53,731 bases of DNA from a bacterium. Lineage in GTDB: Bacteria > Patescibacteriota > Minisyncoccia > Minisyncoccales > JAZDGI01. The DNA lies in assembly GCA_043807085.1 (NCBI GenBank), contig JAZDGI010000012.1, forward strand, positions 1-53,731, given 5' to 3'. The notes below the pieces were generated by a model that was not told the origin of the DNA, did no database searches, and saw only the letters and a program-made list of their open reading frames with translations. The position numbers were made by a program, and so were the translations under genes. Shown here piece after piece: positions 16,370-27,131 of this stretch. The number at the start of each line of letters is the position of its first letter. Within the stretch, counting starts at the first letter, position 1.

Positions 16370-17770
16370 ATGCCAGGAAAACCCAATATCATTTTTATTA
16401 CCGTTGATTGCTTGAGGGCCGACCACTTGGGTTTTATGGGATACTCAAAAGACGTCAGCCCGAACATTGACAAATTAGCCAAAGAATCGGCTGTTTTTAC
16501 CCAAGCCTTTGCTATTGGGCCGGGCACGCCCTGTTCTTTCCCTTCAATTTTAACCTCAACCTATCCCTTGGATTATCAGGGACCACAGATAAAAGAACCG
16601 AGGTTAATGATCAGCCAGGCTTTGAAAGAACAGGGCTATGTCACGGCCGCTTTCCACTCCAGCTGCTGGCTTTCAAGCTTTTTCGGCTACGATCGCGGCT
16701 GGGATTTCTTTGAAGATATAACGCCTGACAGCGAAATGTGGCTTGAAACCGGCCCGCAGGAGGAAACTAAAATAAAGGCAAGGTTTCTTTTGTCTGGATT
16801 CTTAAGGCCGATAGAAAGAGTTGTCGCCGGATTTTTACCCGAACTTTATTTTCCTCTAAGGTACTTAGCTTATAAATTAAGAGGAGGGAGCACGAATATC
16901 AAGGTTAAGGCCGAGGCGGTTAATCTGTTAGTTAAGGATCTGATCAGGGCAAAAAAAGAAGAAGGGCCGCCTCTTTTCATCTGGATTCATTATATGGACG
17001 TTCACGGCCCTTATTTGCCTTATTTGACTTACGTCAACGACAAGCCTCTTTCTTACCAAGAAACCGTTGTCAAATCATTTCCGAGCTTTCTGCAGTCTTG
17101 TTTTTTCAGGAAAATCGCTAAAAGATTCATCAGAAAATATCTTAAAAAAACCATTGGCCTTTATGATCAGGGAATAGAATATGCTGATGAAAAAATAGGG
17201 GAATTGCTTGATTTTCTGCGCGCCGAAGATATTTTTCAGAATTCAATCATTTGTTTTTGCGGCGACCATGGAGATGAGTTTATGGAGCATAACGAGTCTT
17301 CTCATAATAACAAACTTTACAATGAGCTTTTGCATGTACCTCTTTTAATAAGAGCGCTGGGAGTTATGCCTCAAAGAATTGATAAAAAAGTTTCTTTGAT
17401 TGATTTGCCTCCGACTTTCTGCTCTCTGGCCGGAATTGGAATCAGTCGTTCTTTCAAAGGGAAAAATTTATTCAGCCCCCAATCCACAGAAGTTTTTCAT
17501 CAGGCGATATCGCCCAAAGTCAGAGGAATTAAGCACGACGCCGACATCAAGGACGCAAAATACACTATGGTTGGCTATCAATCTAACGATTGGAAATATA
17601 TTTTAGACCATGCAACCTCAAAAGAGGAGCTTTATTGTCTGAAAAACGATCAAGGGGAAAAAGTCAACGTTGCCAAGTTGCGGCCTGAAATTATTTCAGC
17701 AATGAGAAAAAAAATTGAAGAATTTGAGAGAAAAAATCCGCCGCTCGCTAACTTGATAAAAAATGGATAA
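16370..17770 (+). CDS. Sulfatase-like hydrolase/transferase 2
   Basis: ITVDCLRADH, GTPCSFPSILTS, HYMDVHGPY, YDQGIEYAD, GDHG. Confidence 0.8.
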   Translation: MPGKPNIIFITVDCLRADHLGFMGYSKDVSPNIDKLAKESAVFTQAFAIGPGTPCSFPSILTSTYPLDYQGPQIKEPRLMISQALKEQGYVTAAFHSSCWLSSFFGYDRGWDFFEDITPDSEMWLETGPQEETKIKARFLLSGFLRPIERVVAGFLPELYFPLRYLAYKLRGGSTNIKVKAEAVNLLVKDLIRAKKEEGPPLFIWIHYMDVHGPYLPYLTYVNDKPLSYQETVVKSFPSFLQSCFFRKIAKRFIRKYLKKTIGLYDQGIEYADEKIGELLDFLRAEDIFQNSIICFCGDHGDEFMEHNESSHNNKLYNELLHVPLLIRALGVMPQRIDKKVSLIDLPPTFCSLAGIGISRSFKGKNLFSPQSTEVFHQAISPKVRGIKHDADIKDAKYTMVGYQSNDWKYILDHATSKEELYCLKNDQGEKVNVAKLRPEIISAMRKKIEEFERKNPPLANLIKNG

Positions 17771-19157
17771 AAAACCCAATATAATTTTAATAACTGTTGA
17801 CGCTTTGAGGTCAGACCGCCTTGGCTTTTTGGGCTGTCCGAAAAACATTAGTTCCAATATTGATAATTTAGCCAGAGAATCAGCTGTTTTTACGCGGGCT
17901 TTTTCGGTCGGTCCAAACAGCCCACATTCTTTTCCAGCCATTTTGACGTCAACCTATCCTTTGGATTTTCAAGGGCTTTACAAGATTGAGAAGCCTCGGA
18001 AAATTTTGAGTGAGGTCTTAAAGGAGCATGGCTATGTCACCGCCGCTTTCCATTCCACCCCTTATCTTTCAGATTTTTTCGGTTACAACCGAGGCTGGGA
18101 TTTTTTTGAGTATATCACCTCGCCCGTGAATCCCGACTTTTTCCCGGGCCAGGGCAAGTTAGCCGAGTTAAAGCTATATCTCAAAGACTCTTTAAAGGGC
18201 CTGTTTAAAAAAATCGCGGTAAATTTCTATCCTAAAATCTTGTTTAAACTGATGTACCGGCGTTATCTGCCAAAATTCAAAGAAGAAAATGAGCCGCAGA
18301 TTAAAGCTGTTTTTGTCAATAAAATCATCAAAGACTTTGTTCTGGCTGCCAAAGCCAAGGAACAGCCTTTCTTTTTGTTCGCGCATTATATGGATGTCCA
18401 TTCGCCTTACATCCCCAAAGAAAAAGATCTTAGCCAGCCGCTTTCTTTCGCTGAATTTGTTTCGGCCTGGCTGCCCGGCTATTTGGGATACGCAAAAAAA
18501 AGACTTTTTAGAAATTTTATCAAGCCTTACTTTGAAATGATGGTTGATTCTTACGACCAGGGGATCAAAGATCTGGACGGCCAGCTGGGGAGTCTTTTTG
18601 ACTTTTTGAAAAAAGAAGCCGTTTTTCAAAACAGCATTATCTGCTTTACGGCCGATCACGGCGAGGAGCTTTTAGAGCACGGCGAAGGTTTCCACAACGC
18701 CAAGCTTTACAACGAACTTTTAGCCGTGCCGCTTTTGATTAAAATTCCCGGCCAAGGAAGCCAAAAAATAGAAAAAAAAGTTTCACAGATTGATTTGCCC
18801 TCAACCCTGTGCGAGCTGGCCGGGATAAAGCCGCCAGCAAACTTTAAGGGTAAAAATATTTTTGAATCTTTTCGGGAAATAATTTTTCATGAGTCAGGCG
18901 CAGGATCCAAAGAAAAAATGAACGGCTGGATAGAAATTGAAAAGCTCAAAGAGTGCAAGTTTGCCTGCCAGTCCGACGACTGGAAATATATTTTAGATAA
19001 TCCCTTAAAGAGAGAAGAGCTTTATTGTCTGGAAAAAGACCCTAAAGAGCAGAATGATCTTTCTAAGTCCTGCCCGGAAGTTTTGGTCAAAATGAGAAAA
19101 ATTATGGAAGATTTTCAAAAGGAAAACAAGCCGCTTTCTTTATTGGCTAAAAAATAA
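17763..19157 (+). CDS. Sulfatase-like hydrolase/transferase 3 (tandem paralog of 2)
   Basis: ITVDALRSDR, NSPHSFPAILTS, HYMDVHSPY, ADHG. Colinear similarity to the 16370 gene in both protein and DNA. Confidence 0.8.
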   Translation: MDKKPNIILITVDALRSDRLGFLGCPKNISSNIDNLARESAVFTRAFSVGPNSPHSFPAILTSTYPLDFQGLYKIEKPRKILSEVLKEHGYVTAAFHSTPYLSDFFGYNRGWDFFEYITSPVNPDFFPGQGKLAELKLYLKDSLKGLFKKIAVNFYPKILFKLMYRRYLPKFKEENEPQIKAVFVNKIIKDFVLAAKAKEQPFFLFAHYMDVHSPYIPKEKDLSQPLSFAEFVSAWLPGYLGYAKKRLFRNFIKPYFEMMVDSYDQGIKDLDGQLGSLFDFLKKEAVFQNSIICFTADHGEELLEHGEGFHNAKLYNELLAVPLLIKIPGQGSQKIEKKVSQIDLPSTLCELAGIKPPANFKGKNIFESFREIIFHESGAGSKEKMNGWIEIEKLKECKFACQSDDWKYILDNPLKREELYCLEKDPKEQNDLSKSCPEVLVKMRKIMEDFQKENKPLSLLAKK

Positions 19158-19159
19158 TT

Positions 19160-20626
19160 ATGGCGATTATCAGCATCAGCAAAACTAAATCGTTCCTGTT
19201 TGATCACCAAACGGTGAAGCAGACAATTTTTAAGAATACTTTTTGGCTTGGTTTGGCCGAGGGTATAAGCCGGCTGGCTACGTTTGCTTTGTTCATTTTC
19301 GTTGCCAGGATTCTGGGAGCCACTGAATACGGAAAGTTTTCTTTTGTCCTGGCGGTTGTCGGCCTGCTGCTCTTGCTGCCTGGATTTGTTTCGTCGGAAA
19401 TCATTACCAGAGAATTCTCCAAGGATAAAGAGAAAGAAAAAGAATTTTCCAGCCTTTTTACCTTAAAATTGCTTTTTGGCCTGGCGTCAATTTTATTTTT
19501 GTTCGGCATTTCGTTTTTTGTCACTGCCGACGCCATTATCAGAAAGGTAATCTGGATTATGTCAGCTTACTGGATTTTAAACAGCCTGGTGGATATTGTT
19601 TACGCTTTTTTCAGGGCTCGGCAAAGAATGGAATACGAATCTTTTTTTAAGATTTTTGACGCTCTGCTGACGACCGGCTTCGGTTTGTTTGTTATTTTTA
19701 AATTTCCCTCAATTGAAAATTTAAGCTATGCTTATTTACTTGAGGGACTGGTTCTTTGCGGCGTTATTTTATTGTTTTTTCATTTTAAAATCAGAAAAAT
19801 GTCGTTTGGGTTTAACAAAAAAATCTGGAAGAAAATCCTGTCTCTTTCCTGGCCAATGGCTTTAATCGGGCTGACAGCCGGAATTTACAGCCAAATTGAC
19901 ACGGTGATGATGGGCTTTTTCAATCAAATAACCGAAACCGGCTGGTATAACGCCTCTTTTAAAATCACCAGAATGGCCCTTGTCCCAGTTGCCCTTATTT
20001 CGCAGAGTTTTTATCCCGTCTTGAGTAAATTTTTTCAGGAATCAAAAGACAAATTGCAGGAGGCGTGGACTTTTCAGGCAAAAATTATGATCTGGCTGGC
20101 TTTTCCCCTGATGGCTGGCGGCGTGGTTTTGGCTCCTAGGATCATTGACTTTTTATACGGCCGAAGCTATCTCCCGGCAATTATGTCTTTTCAAATGCTT
20201 ATCATTATGACGGGCGTAATGTTTCTTTACGATACTTTCAGGCAGGTTTTGATTGTCTCCAATCAGCAAAAAAAGGTTTTTTGGGCAATTTTGGCCGGAG
20301 CCATAGTCAATATAGCCTTAAACCTTATTCTGATTCCCAGATTCAGTCTGAATGGAGCGGCTTTAGCCACTCTTTTTACCAATATCTTGATTTTCTTTCT
20401 GTTTTTGAAATTTATATTAAAGTACACCGAAATTAAGCCGTTTAATCAGGAAATTTTACGGGAAACAATAAGCGCCTTGGCGGCCTGCGTGATAATGTAT
20501 CTGATTATTTCCCGGGCCTTTGTTTATAGCTTGCCGGTCGTTTTTTCAATCTTAATCGGAATAGCAACTTATTTTATTGCGTTGTTTATTCCAAAAAAAA
20601 TATGCCAAATTATAAAAAAGCGTTAA
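19160..20626 (+). CDS. wzx: Wzx-type oligosaccharide flippase
   Basis: Many TM helices; [54 protein letters not shown]. Confidence 0.88.
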   Translation: MAIISISKTKSFLFDHQTVKQTIFKNTFWLGLAEGISRLATFALFIFVARILGATEYGKFSFVLAVVGLLLLLPGFVSSEIITREFSKDKEKEKEFSSLFTLKLLFGLASILFLFGISFFVTADAIIRKVIWIMSAYWILNSLVDIVYAFFRARQRMEYESFFKIFDALLTTGFGLFVIFKFPSIENLSYAYLLEGLVLCGVILLFFHFKIRKMSFGFNKKIWKKILSLSWPMALIGLTAGIYSQIDTVMMGFFNQITETGWYNASFKITRMALVPVALISQSFYPVLSKFFQESKDKLQEAWTFQAKIMIWLAFPLMAGGVVLAPRIIDFLYGRSYLPAIMSFQMLIIMTGVMFLYDTFRQVLIVSNQQKKVFWAILAGAIVNIALNLILIPRFSLNGAALATLFTNILIFFLFLKFILKYTEIKPFNQEILRETISALAACVIMYLIISRAFVYSLPVVFSILIGIATYFIALFIPKKICQIIKKR

Positions 20627-21657
20627 TAACGGGCGTAGCCGGTCAGGACGGCTCTTATTTAACCGAACTGCTGTTGAGCAAAGGATACGAAGTTCACGGC
20701 ATGATCAGATGGGACAGCATTTTTACCACGCAAAGACTTGACCATCTTTCTTTGGACCCCCATATTCATGGTATAAGATTTTTCGGCCATTACGGCGATT
20801 TAACCGACGCCAACAGCATTGAAAAACTAATCAGACAGATTGAGCCGGACGAGATATATCATCTGGGCGCGATGTCGCACGTAAGAGTAAGTTTTGATAT
20901 GCCCGAATACACCGCCAATACGGACGCTTTGGGTACGTTAAGGGTTTTGGAAGCGATAAAAAACTCCGGCCGGCAGATAAAATTTTATATGGCGGCTTCA
21001 TCTGAAATGTTCGGCAACAGCCCGGGTCCTCAAGACGAAAAAGCCGCTTTTGATCCGCGGAGTCCTTACGCCTGCGCCAAAGTTTTTTCTTTTTACACCA
21101 CCAAGCTTTACCGCGACGCTTATAGATTATTTGCCGCCAACGGCGTGCTCTATAATCACGAGTCGCCGAGAAGGGGGCCGACTTTTGTGACGAAAAAAAT
21201 CACCAGAGCCATCGCCAGAATCAAGGCTGGTCTTGATAAAAAAGTTTATTTGGGAAATTTGGCGTCCAAGCGCGACTGGGGATTCGCCCCGGAGTATATA
21301 GAGGCGATGTGGGCTATTTTACAGCAGGAAAAGCCTGACGATTTCGTTATCGCCACGGGGGAGACTCATTCGGTCCAGGAGTTTTTGGCCGAAGCCTTTC
21401 AGTATGCCGGACTTGGAAACTGGCAGTCTTATGTGGAAATTGACAAGCGCTATTTCAGGCCGACAGATGTGGATGCTTTAGTCGGAAACGCCCAAAAAGC
21501 TAAAGAAAAATTAGGTTGGGAGCCGAAAATCAAATTTAAAGATTTAGTCAAGATAATGATTGACGCCGATTTCAGGGCGCAAAAATTAGAGCCGCCGGGG
21601 CAGGGAGACAAAATTTTAAAAGAAAAATTCCCTGATAAATGGTGGAAAGTTGATTAA
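20602..21657 (+). CDS. gmd: GDP-mannose 4,6-dehydratase
   Basis: [55 protein letters not shown]. Confidence 0.96.
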   Translation: MPNYKKALITGVAGQDGSYLTELLLSKGYEVHGMIRWDSIFTTQRLDHLSLDPHIHGIRFFGHYGDLTDANSIEKLIRQIEPDEIYHLGAMSHVRVSFDMPEYTANTDALGTLRVLEAIKNSGRQIKFYMAASSEMFGNSPGPQDEKAAFDPRSPYACAKVFSFYTTKLYRDAYRLFAANGVLYNHESPRRGPTFVTKKITRAIARIKAGLDKKVYLGNLASKRDWGFAPEYIEAMWAILQQEKPDDFVIATGETHSVQEFLAEAFQYAGLGNWQSYVEIDKRYFRPTDVDALVGNAQKAKEKLGWEPKIKFKDLVKIMIDADFRAQKLEPPGQGDKILKEKFPDKWWKVD

Positions 21658-21658
21658 A

Positions 21659-22591
21659 ATGACAAATCTGCAAAACAAAAAAATATTGGTTACCGGCGGA
21701 GCGGGCTTTCTGGGGAAATATGTCGTAAAAAACCTGATTGAAAGAGGCGTCAAAAAGGAAAATATATTTATTCCTTTTTTTGGCGATTGCGATTTACGGA
21801 AAAAAGAAGACTGCCAAAGGGTAGTTGAAGGCCAAGACATAATTTTGCATTTGGCCGGCGTAGTCGGAGGCATCGGTTTTACGAGAACGCATCCTGGCCA
21901 GAGCTTCTATGATAATGCTTCCATGTCTCTGCATATGCTGGAAGCCGCCAGAATCAAAGGAGTTGAAAAATTTGTCGGCATAGGTTCGGTTTGCGAATAC
22001 CCGAAGTACGCACCTATTCCTTTTCAGGAAAAAGACCTTTGGCGCGGCTATCCCGAAGAGACTAATGGCCCTTACGGCATGGCAAAAAAATTTATGCTGG
22101 TGCAGTCTCAAGCCTATCATAAAGAATACGGCTTGAACGCTATTCATTTGCTGATGATTAATCTTTACGGACCAGGAGACAATTTTGATTTAAAATCGTC
22201 CCATGTTATCCCGGCTTTGATCAGAAAGATTTCCGAAGCCAAGAAAGAGAGCAAAGATTATATTGAGGCTTGGGGCACGGGATTGCCGACCAGAGAGTTT
22301 TTATATGTGGAAGATGCGGCCGAAGGAATAATTCTAGCAGCTGAAAGATACGATAAACCGGAACCTGTCAATCTAAGCTCCGGCCACGAAATTTCAATCA
22401 GGGATTTGGTTGAGCTGATTTCAAGACTGATGGATTTTGAAGGAGAAATCCGCTGGGACAAAACTAAGCCAGACGGCCAGCCCAAACGCCGTTTTGATAT
22501 GAGTTTGGCAAAAAAAGAATTCGGTTTTGAGGCAAAAATCGATTTTACGGAAGGATTGAAAAAAACCATTAATTGGTATTTAAATTTATGA
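21659..22591 (+). CDS. fcl: GDP-L-fucose synthase
   Basis: VTGGAGFLG, HLAGVVGGIG, YPEETNGPYGMAKK, NLYGPGDNF, SSHVIPALIRK, REFLYVED, DGQPKR. ATG at 21659. Confidence 0.94.
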   Translation: MTNLQNKKILVTGGAGFLGKYVVKNLIERGVKKENIFIPFFGDCDLRKKEDCQRVVEGQDIILHLAGVVGGIGFTRTHPGQSFYDNASMSLHMLEAARIKGVEKFVGIGSVCEYPKYAPIPFQEKDLWRGYPEETNGPYGMAKKFMLVQSQAYHKEYGLNAIHLLMINLYGPGDNFDLKSSHVIPALIRKISEAKKESKDYIEAWGTGLPTREFLYVEDAAEGIILAAERYDKPEPVNLSSGHEISIRDLVELISRLMDFEGEIRWDKTKPDGQPKRRFDMSLAKKEFGFEAKIDFTEGLKKTINWYLNL

Positions 22592-23667
22592 AAATACTTT
22601 TCATTAGCAACACTTACAAGGCCGGCGAGCCAGCTCGGGGTTTTTGTTATTCTTATCTTAATTATTATCCCAGCCTGACGAAAATGGATAATGCCCGGCA
22701 TCAGATTATTTATTTTCCGGTGGACGAAAATGTGATGAAGGAAGGATTAGAAGCGGCCAAGGAAAAATTAATAGAAATCGTTAACCGAGAAAAGCCAGCC
22801 TTGATTTTTTACGATGAAGGAGAGCTGGGCAATGATGGTCTGGCCAAAATGAAAACGGCCGCGGAAAAAGTCGGGGCCAAAACATTTTTTTGGGCGTGCG
22901 ACGACAACTGGGCTTTTGACACGGCTTCCAAGCAATTTTTTCCTTATTTTCATTGGATAGCGACTATGGATTCTTTGGCTCCTCCTAAATATAAAAAGCT
23001 GGGATTTAAAAATATTATCCACGCCCAATGCGCCTGTAATCATTTTGACTTTAAACCTCCTTCCCAGGGTTTGCCCAAAATCTACGACGTTACCTTCGTC
23101 GGCCAGCCTCACGGCCAGAGAAGAAAAAAAATTGAGCAGCTGAAAAAAATAGGCATAAAGGTGAATTGCTGGGGTTATGGCTGGCCGGCTGGAGTAGTTG
23201 ACTTCAAAGAGATGCTAAGAATCATTTACCAGAGCAAGATTAATCTTAATTTCACGGAATGTTCGGGCACCCTGACTAAAAGACTGGCTTCAATTTTTTT
23301 GCGCCGGGCCGGAGAGAGAAACCGAAAGATTTTTGTTAATAATCCGAAGGGCTGGTCAAATAATGTAAAATCGTTTTGCGGGTCTTTCAGGCCGCAGATA
23401 AAAGGAAGAAATTTTGAGATTCCGGCCTGTCGATCTTTCCTTTTGACTGAATACGCCGACAACTTAAAAGACTATTACGATATTGGCAGGGAGATTGCTT
23501 GTTTTGACGGGATAAAAGATTGCGCCAAAAAGATAGGGTATTATCTGGCGCGCGATAAAGAGCGTGAAGAAATAGCCAAAGCCGGCTACGAAAGGACTAT
23601 CAGAGATCATACTTACGAAAAAAGATTCAATGAAATTTTCAAAGCAATAGGTTTATCAGCTGATTAA
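22588..23667 (+). CDS. CgeB/Glyco_trans_1_2-type glycosyltransferase
   Basis: WACDD, DVTFVGQPH, SKINLNF, KGRNFEIPAC, FLLTEY, HTYEKRF. ATG 22588 overlaps the fcl TGA. Confidence 0.8.
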   Translation: MKILFISNTYKAGEPARGFCYSYLNYYPSLTKMDNARHQIIYFPVDENVMKEGLEAAKEKLIEIVNREKPALIFYDEGELGNDGLAKMKTAAEKVGAKTFFWACDDNWAFDTASKQFFPYFHWIATMDSLAPPKYKKLGFKNIIHAQCACNHFDFKPPSQGLPKIYDVTFVGQPHGQRRKKIEQLKKIGIKVNCWGYGWPAGVVDFKEMLRIIYQSKINLNFTECSGTLTKRLASIFLRRAGERNRKIFVNNPKGWSNNVKSFCGSFRPQIKGRNFEIPACRSFLLTEYADNLKDYYDIGREIACFDGIKDCAKKIGYYLARDKEREEIAKAGYERTIRDHTYEKRFNEIFKAIGLSAD

Positions 23668-23672
23668 AAATT

Positions 23673-24695
23673 ATGGAAAACAATAAATCTCAAATAAATA
23701 TCGCGGTGGTCGGAGCCGGCTATTGGGGGCCGAATTTTATCAGGAATTTTTATCAGTTAGACAACGTCAAAGTTGCCGCGGTTTGCGACAAAAACCAGGC
23801 CAGACTTGATTTTGTCAAAAAGCTCTATCCGGCGGTAAAAACCACCGTGGATTTTAACGAGGTCTTAAATAATCCGGCTATTCAGGCCGTCGTCATCGCC
23901 TTGCCAACCGAATTGCATTATGAATTTGCCAAAAAAACATTGCAAGCCAAAAAGCATGTTTTGCTGGAAAAACCAATGACTTCAAATTCTGAACAAGCCA
24001 AGGAGCTGATCAAGCTGGCCAGAGATCAAAAAATGATTCTGATGGTTGACCACACCTTTATTTATTACGGCCCTGTTTTGAAAATCAAGGAAATTATTGA
24101 GTCCGGAGAACTGGGAAAGATTTATTATTTTGACTCCCAAAGAATTAATCTCGGTCTAGTCAGGCGGGACGTCAATGTTATCTGGGATCTGGCCTGCCAC
24201 GATATTTCAATTATGGATTTTTTGATCAAGGAAAATCCAATATCAGTTTCAGCCTCGGGCACTTCTCATATCGGTTCCGGGCAGGAAGAGCTGGCGCATC
24301 TGACCATAAAATACGAAAAAGGCCTCTCCTGCCATTGCCACGTAAGCTGGCTTTCTCCGGTAAAAATAAGACAGATTTCAATCGGCGGGACTAAAAAAAT
24401 GGTTTATTTTGACGACATAGAGCCTTCGGAAAAAATAAAAATTTACGACCGGGGCATTCAGGCTGATTTTTCCAAAGAAACGCCGTCTGAACCCATTTAC
24501 CGTCTGGGGGAAGTAAGGATTCCGGTTTTTGACCAAGGCGAAGCTTTGCTAAAAGAATGCCGGCATTTTATTGAATGCATTAAGAATCAAAAGACGCCCT
24601 TAACCGACGGGGAAAGCGGTTTGAGAGTGATTAAGATTCTAGAAGCCTGCGGCCGGTCTTTGAAAGAAAAAGGCCGCGAAGCTCCGTTGATATAA
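23673..24695 (+). CDS. Gfo/Idh/MocA oxidoreductase (WbpB/WlbA-like sugar 3-dehydrogenase)
   Basis: VVGAGYWG, HVLLEKP, VDHTF, WDLACHD. Confidence 0.88.
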   Translation: MENNKSQINIAVVGAGYWGPNFIRNFYQLDNVKVAAVCDKNQARLDFVKKLYPAVKTTVDFNEVLNNPAIQAVVIALPTELHYEFAKKTLQAKKHVLLEKPMTSNSEQAKELIKLARDQKMILMVDHTFIYYGPVLKIKEIIESGELGKIYYFDSQRINLGLVRRDVNVIWDLACHDISIMDFLIKENPISVSASGTSHIGSGQEELAHLTIKYEKGLSCHCHVSWLSPVKIRQISIGGTKKMVYFDDIEPSEKIKIYDRGIQADFSKETPSEPIYRLGEVRIPVFDQGEALLKECRHFIECIKNQKTPLTDGESGLRVIKILEACGRSLKEKGREAPLI

Positions 24696-24696
24696 A

Positions 24697-25656
24697 ATGG
24701 AAAACTTGAAAGCTGTAAAATACAATAAATATTGGCAGAAAAAGTGGGATGAATTTGTTGCCTCTTCCTGCAACGGAACTATTTTCCATTGCCAGAAATT
24801 TTTGTCTTATCATTCTAGCGAGAAGTTTAAAGACTTTTCTTTGCTTCTGTCAGAATCAGGGCAAATTAAGAGCGTATTTCCGGCCGCTGCCAAAGAAATT
24901 GAGGGCAAAAGATATTTTTTCTCGCATCCAGGCTCTTCTTACGGGGGGCTGGTGGTCAATGAAAACATTAGCATAGCCGAAGCGTTTGAATATCTAAAAA
25001 TAGTCATTGATTTTGCCAAAAAAAATAGTTTTGACGGAATTATTATCAGACATTCAGAAAGAATTTTTCAGAAGTCCCCGGCTGAAGTTCTGGATTTTGC
25101 CATGACTTGGCTTGGCTTTGGCTATTATGCCAGAGAGCTGTCCAGCTCCGTGGATCTTGCGAGATTCAATTTCAATAAAAAAGCGCGCAACGCCGTACGC
25201 AAGGCGGAAAAACTCGGCTTAACTGGCAGCCTCTCGCAAGACTACGACGGATTTTTTAAGCTTCTTTGCGATAATTTGGCAAAAAAGCACAATTCTTTGC
25301 CGACTCACAGCCTGGAAGAAATGAAAAAAATTAAAAATTTGTTTCCCGAAGACGTTTTTTTGATGTCGGTTTTTCTGAAGGAAAAAATGATTGCCGGAAT
25401 CTGGTTTTTCCGCTGTAACGAGGTCGGTCTCCATACTTTTTATATTGCTCAAGATTATGATTTTCAGGAATACCGGCCGCTTAATCTCGCGGCGCAAGAG
25501 CTGATCAGGTGGGCGATCGAAAAAAAATTAAGATATTTGAATTTTGGCATTTCCACCGAGGAAAAAGGAAAGGTCATTAATTGGAACTTGTTTAAATTTA
25601 AAGAGAGCTTCGGGGCTTTCGGAACGAGGAGAGACGCTTATATTTTGAATTTTTAA
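24697..25656 (+). CDS. GNAT/FemAB-like acyltransferase
   Basis: WDEFV...NGTIFH...FLSYH, SHPGSSYGG, NFGISTE...LFKFKESFG. Confidence 0.72.
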   Translation: MENLKAVKYNKYWQKKWDEFVASSCNGTIFHCQKFLSYHSSEKFKDFSLLLSESGQIKSVFPAAAKEIEGKRYFFSHPGSSYGGLVVNENISIAEAFEYLKIVIDFAKKNSFDGIIIRHSERIFQKSPAEVLDFAMTWLGFGYYARELSSSVDLARFNFNKKARNAVRKAEKLGLTGSLSQDYDGFFKLLCDNLAKKHNSLPTHSLEEMKKIKNLFPEDVFLMSVFLKEKMIAGIWFFRCNEVGLHTFYIAQDYDFQEYRPLNLAAQELIRWAIEKKLRYLNFGISTEEKGKVINWNLFKFKESFGAFGTRRDAYILNF

Positions 25657-25661
25657 GTCTT

Positions 25662-27131
25662 ATGAAATTTAAAATTTTATTGATAAAACCGAATCTTTGC
25701 GTGAGAAAAGGATTTTATCTGCAGGAAAAGATGTGCCCGCCTTTGGGCCTTGCCTATCTGGCAGGTTCCCTTATTGAGGCTGGCTATGAAGTGGAAATAC
25801 TGGATATGGTGGCGGCTTCTTCGGAAAGCTGGCCGTATAAAACAACCCATATCGCTCACGGACTGACCGACCAAGGATTGATTGAAAAAATAAAAGAGTA
25901 TGGCCCGGATTTGGCGGGCGTAGGCGGTTTTACCAGTCAATACTCAAGGATTAAAGATATTATCGCCGCGATCAAGGCGTTTAACCCGGAGATAAAAATT
26001 GTGGCGGGCGGAGTTCATGCCACTGTTATGCCAGAGCAAATGATGAAAGAAACTAAGGTTGATTTTGTCATCCGGGGAGAGGGAGAGCTAGCTATGGTCG
26101 CTTTGACTCGGGCTCTTGAGGCAAAAGATTATAAAAAAATTGAAAGCATTGACGGCATCGGCTACCGAGATGGCGATAAGATCGTTATTAATCCGAAAGT
26201 AAACTTTGAACAGAATCTGGACAATTTGCCTTGGCCAGCCCGTCAATTGTTTGATTATAAAAAATACATAGAAGACGACCAGGCTATGCCTGTTATTACT
26301 TCAAGAAGCTGTCCGGGCCGATGTTCTTTTTGCAGCGTGCATTTGTTTTCCGGCTATGCTTGGCGCGCCCGCGATCCGATTAAAGTCGTTGACGAAATAG
26401 AAGCTTTTGTCAAAAGATGGGGCTATAAAACCGTATCCATATTTGACGATGCCTGTAATATCATACCGCAAAGACTGATCACTATACTTCAGGAAATCAT
26501 CCGGCGGCAATTGAAAATAAAAATCACTTTTCCCGGAGGGCTGGTGACAAAATATATTACCAAAGATTTGCTTTATTGGATGAAGCAATCGGGCGTTGTT
26601 TCCTTAATCATTCCCCTTGAACATTCTAACGAGCATATGCGAAACAACGTGATTGGAAAAAACTTAGATATTGAAAAGGCGTTTGAGGTGCTTAATTGGT
26701 GCCGCGAGTTGGAAATTCTGACGATGGTAAACTTTGTTATCGGCATGCCCGGAGAAACCAAAGAGAGCATTGAAGATATTATCCAGTTCATCAAAAAAAA
26801 CGCTTTGCTAGTGGACGCTTTGGCGGTTTATATCGCCACTCCTTTTCCCGGCTCGCCTTTTTACGACCAGTGCCTTGAAAAAGGTTATTTGCTGAATCCC
26901 GTCAGAAACAATTTTTTGGATTTTGATCTTTATTCCACCCATATTGAAACCACGACAATGCCTTCTTCTTTGCTGGAAAATTACAAAAAAACAATAGAGC
27001 AGGCGTTTCTGGAAGCCCGCGGAAAAGATTTCCCGGCCGATTACATCAGAAAAGCCATCCGCAAGCCGGATGAAGAAACCAGCGATTATATCCACAATGC
27101 TTATTTTAAAAATTTAAAATCGCCAAGATGA
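25662..27131 (+). CDS. B12-binding radical SAM protein 1
   Basis: PPLGLAYLA, GGVHAT, VIRGEGE (cobalamin domain); TSRSCPGRCSFC; NFVIGMPGET; TPFPGS. Confidence 0.9.
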   Translation: MKFKILLIKPNLCVRKGFYLQEKMCPPLGLAYLAGSLIEAGYEVEILDMVAASSESWPYKTTHIAHGLTDQGLIEKIKEYGPDLAGVGGFTSQYSRIKDIIAAIKAFNPEIKIVAGGVHATVMPEQMMKETKVDFVIRGEGELAMVALTRALEAKDYKKIESIDGIGYRDGDKIVINPKVNFEQNLDNLPWPARQLFDYKKYIEDDQAMPVITSRSCPGRCSFCSVHLFSGYAWRARDPIKVVDEIEAFVKRWGYKTVSIFDDACNIIPQRLITILQEIIRRQLKIKITFPGGLVTKYITKDLLYWMKQSGVVSLIIPLEHSNEHMRNNVIGKNLDIEKAFEVLNWCRELEILTMVNFVIGMPGETKESIEDIIQFIKKNALLVDALAVYIATPFPGSPFYDQCLEKGYLLNPVRNNFLDFDLYSTHIETTTMPSSLLENYKKTIEQAFLEARGKDFPADYIRKAIRKPDEETSDYIHNAYFKNLKSPR

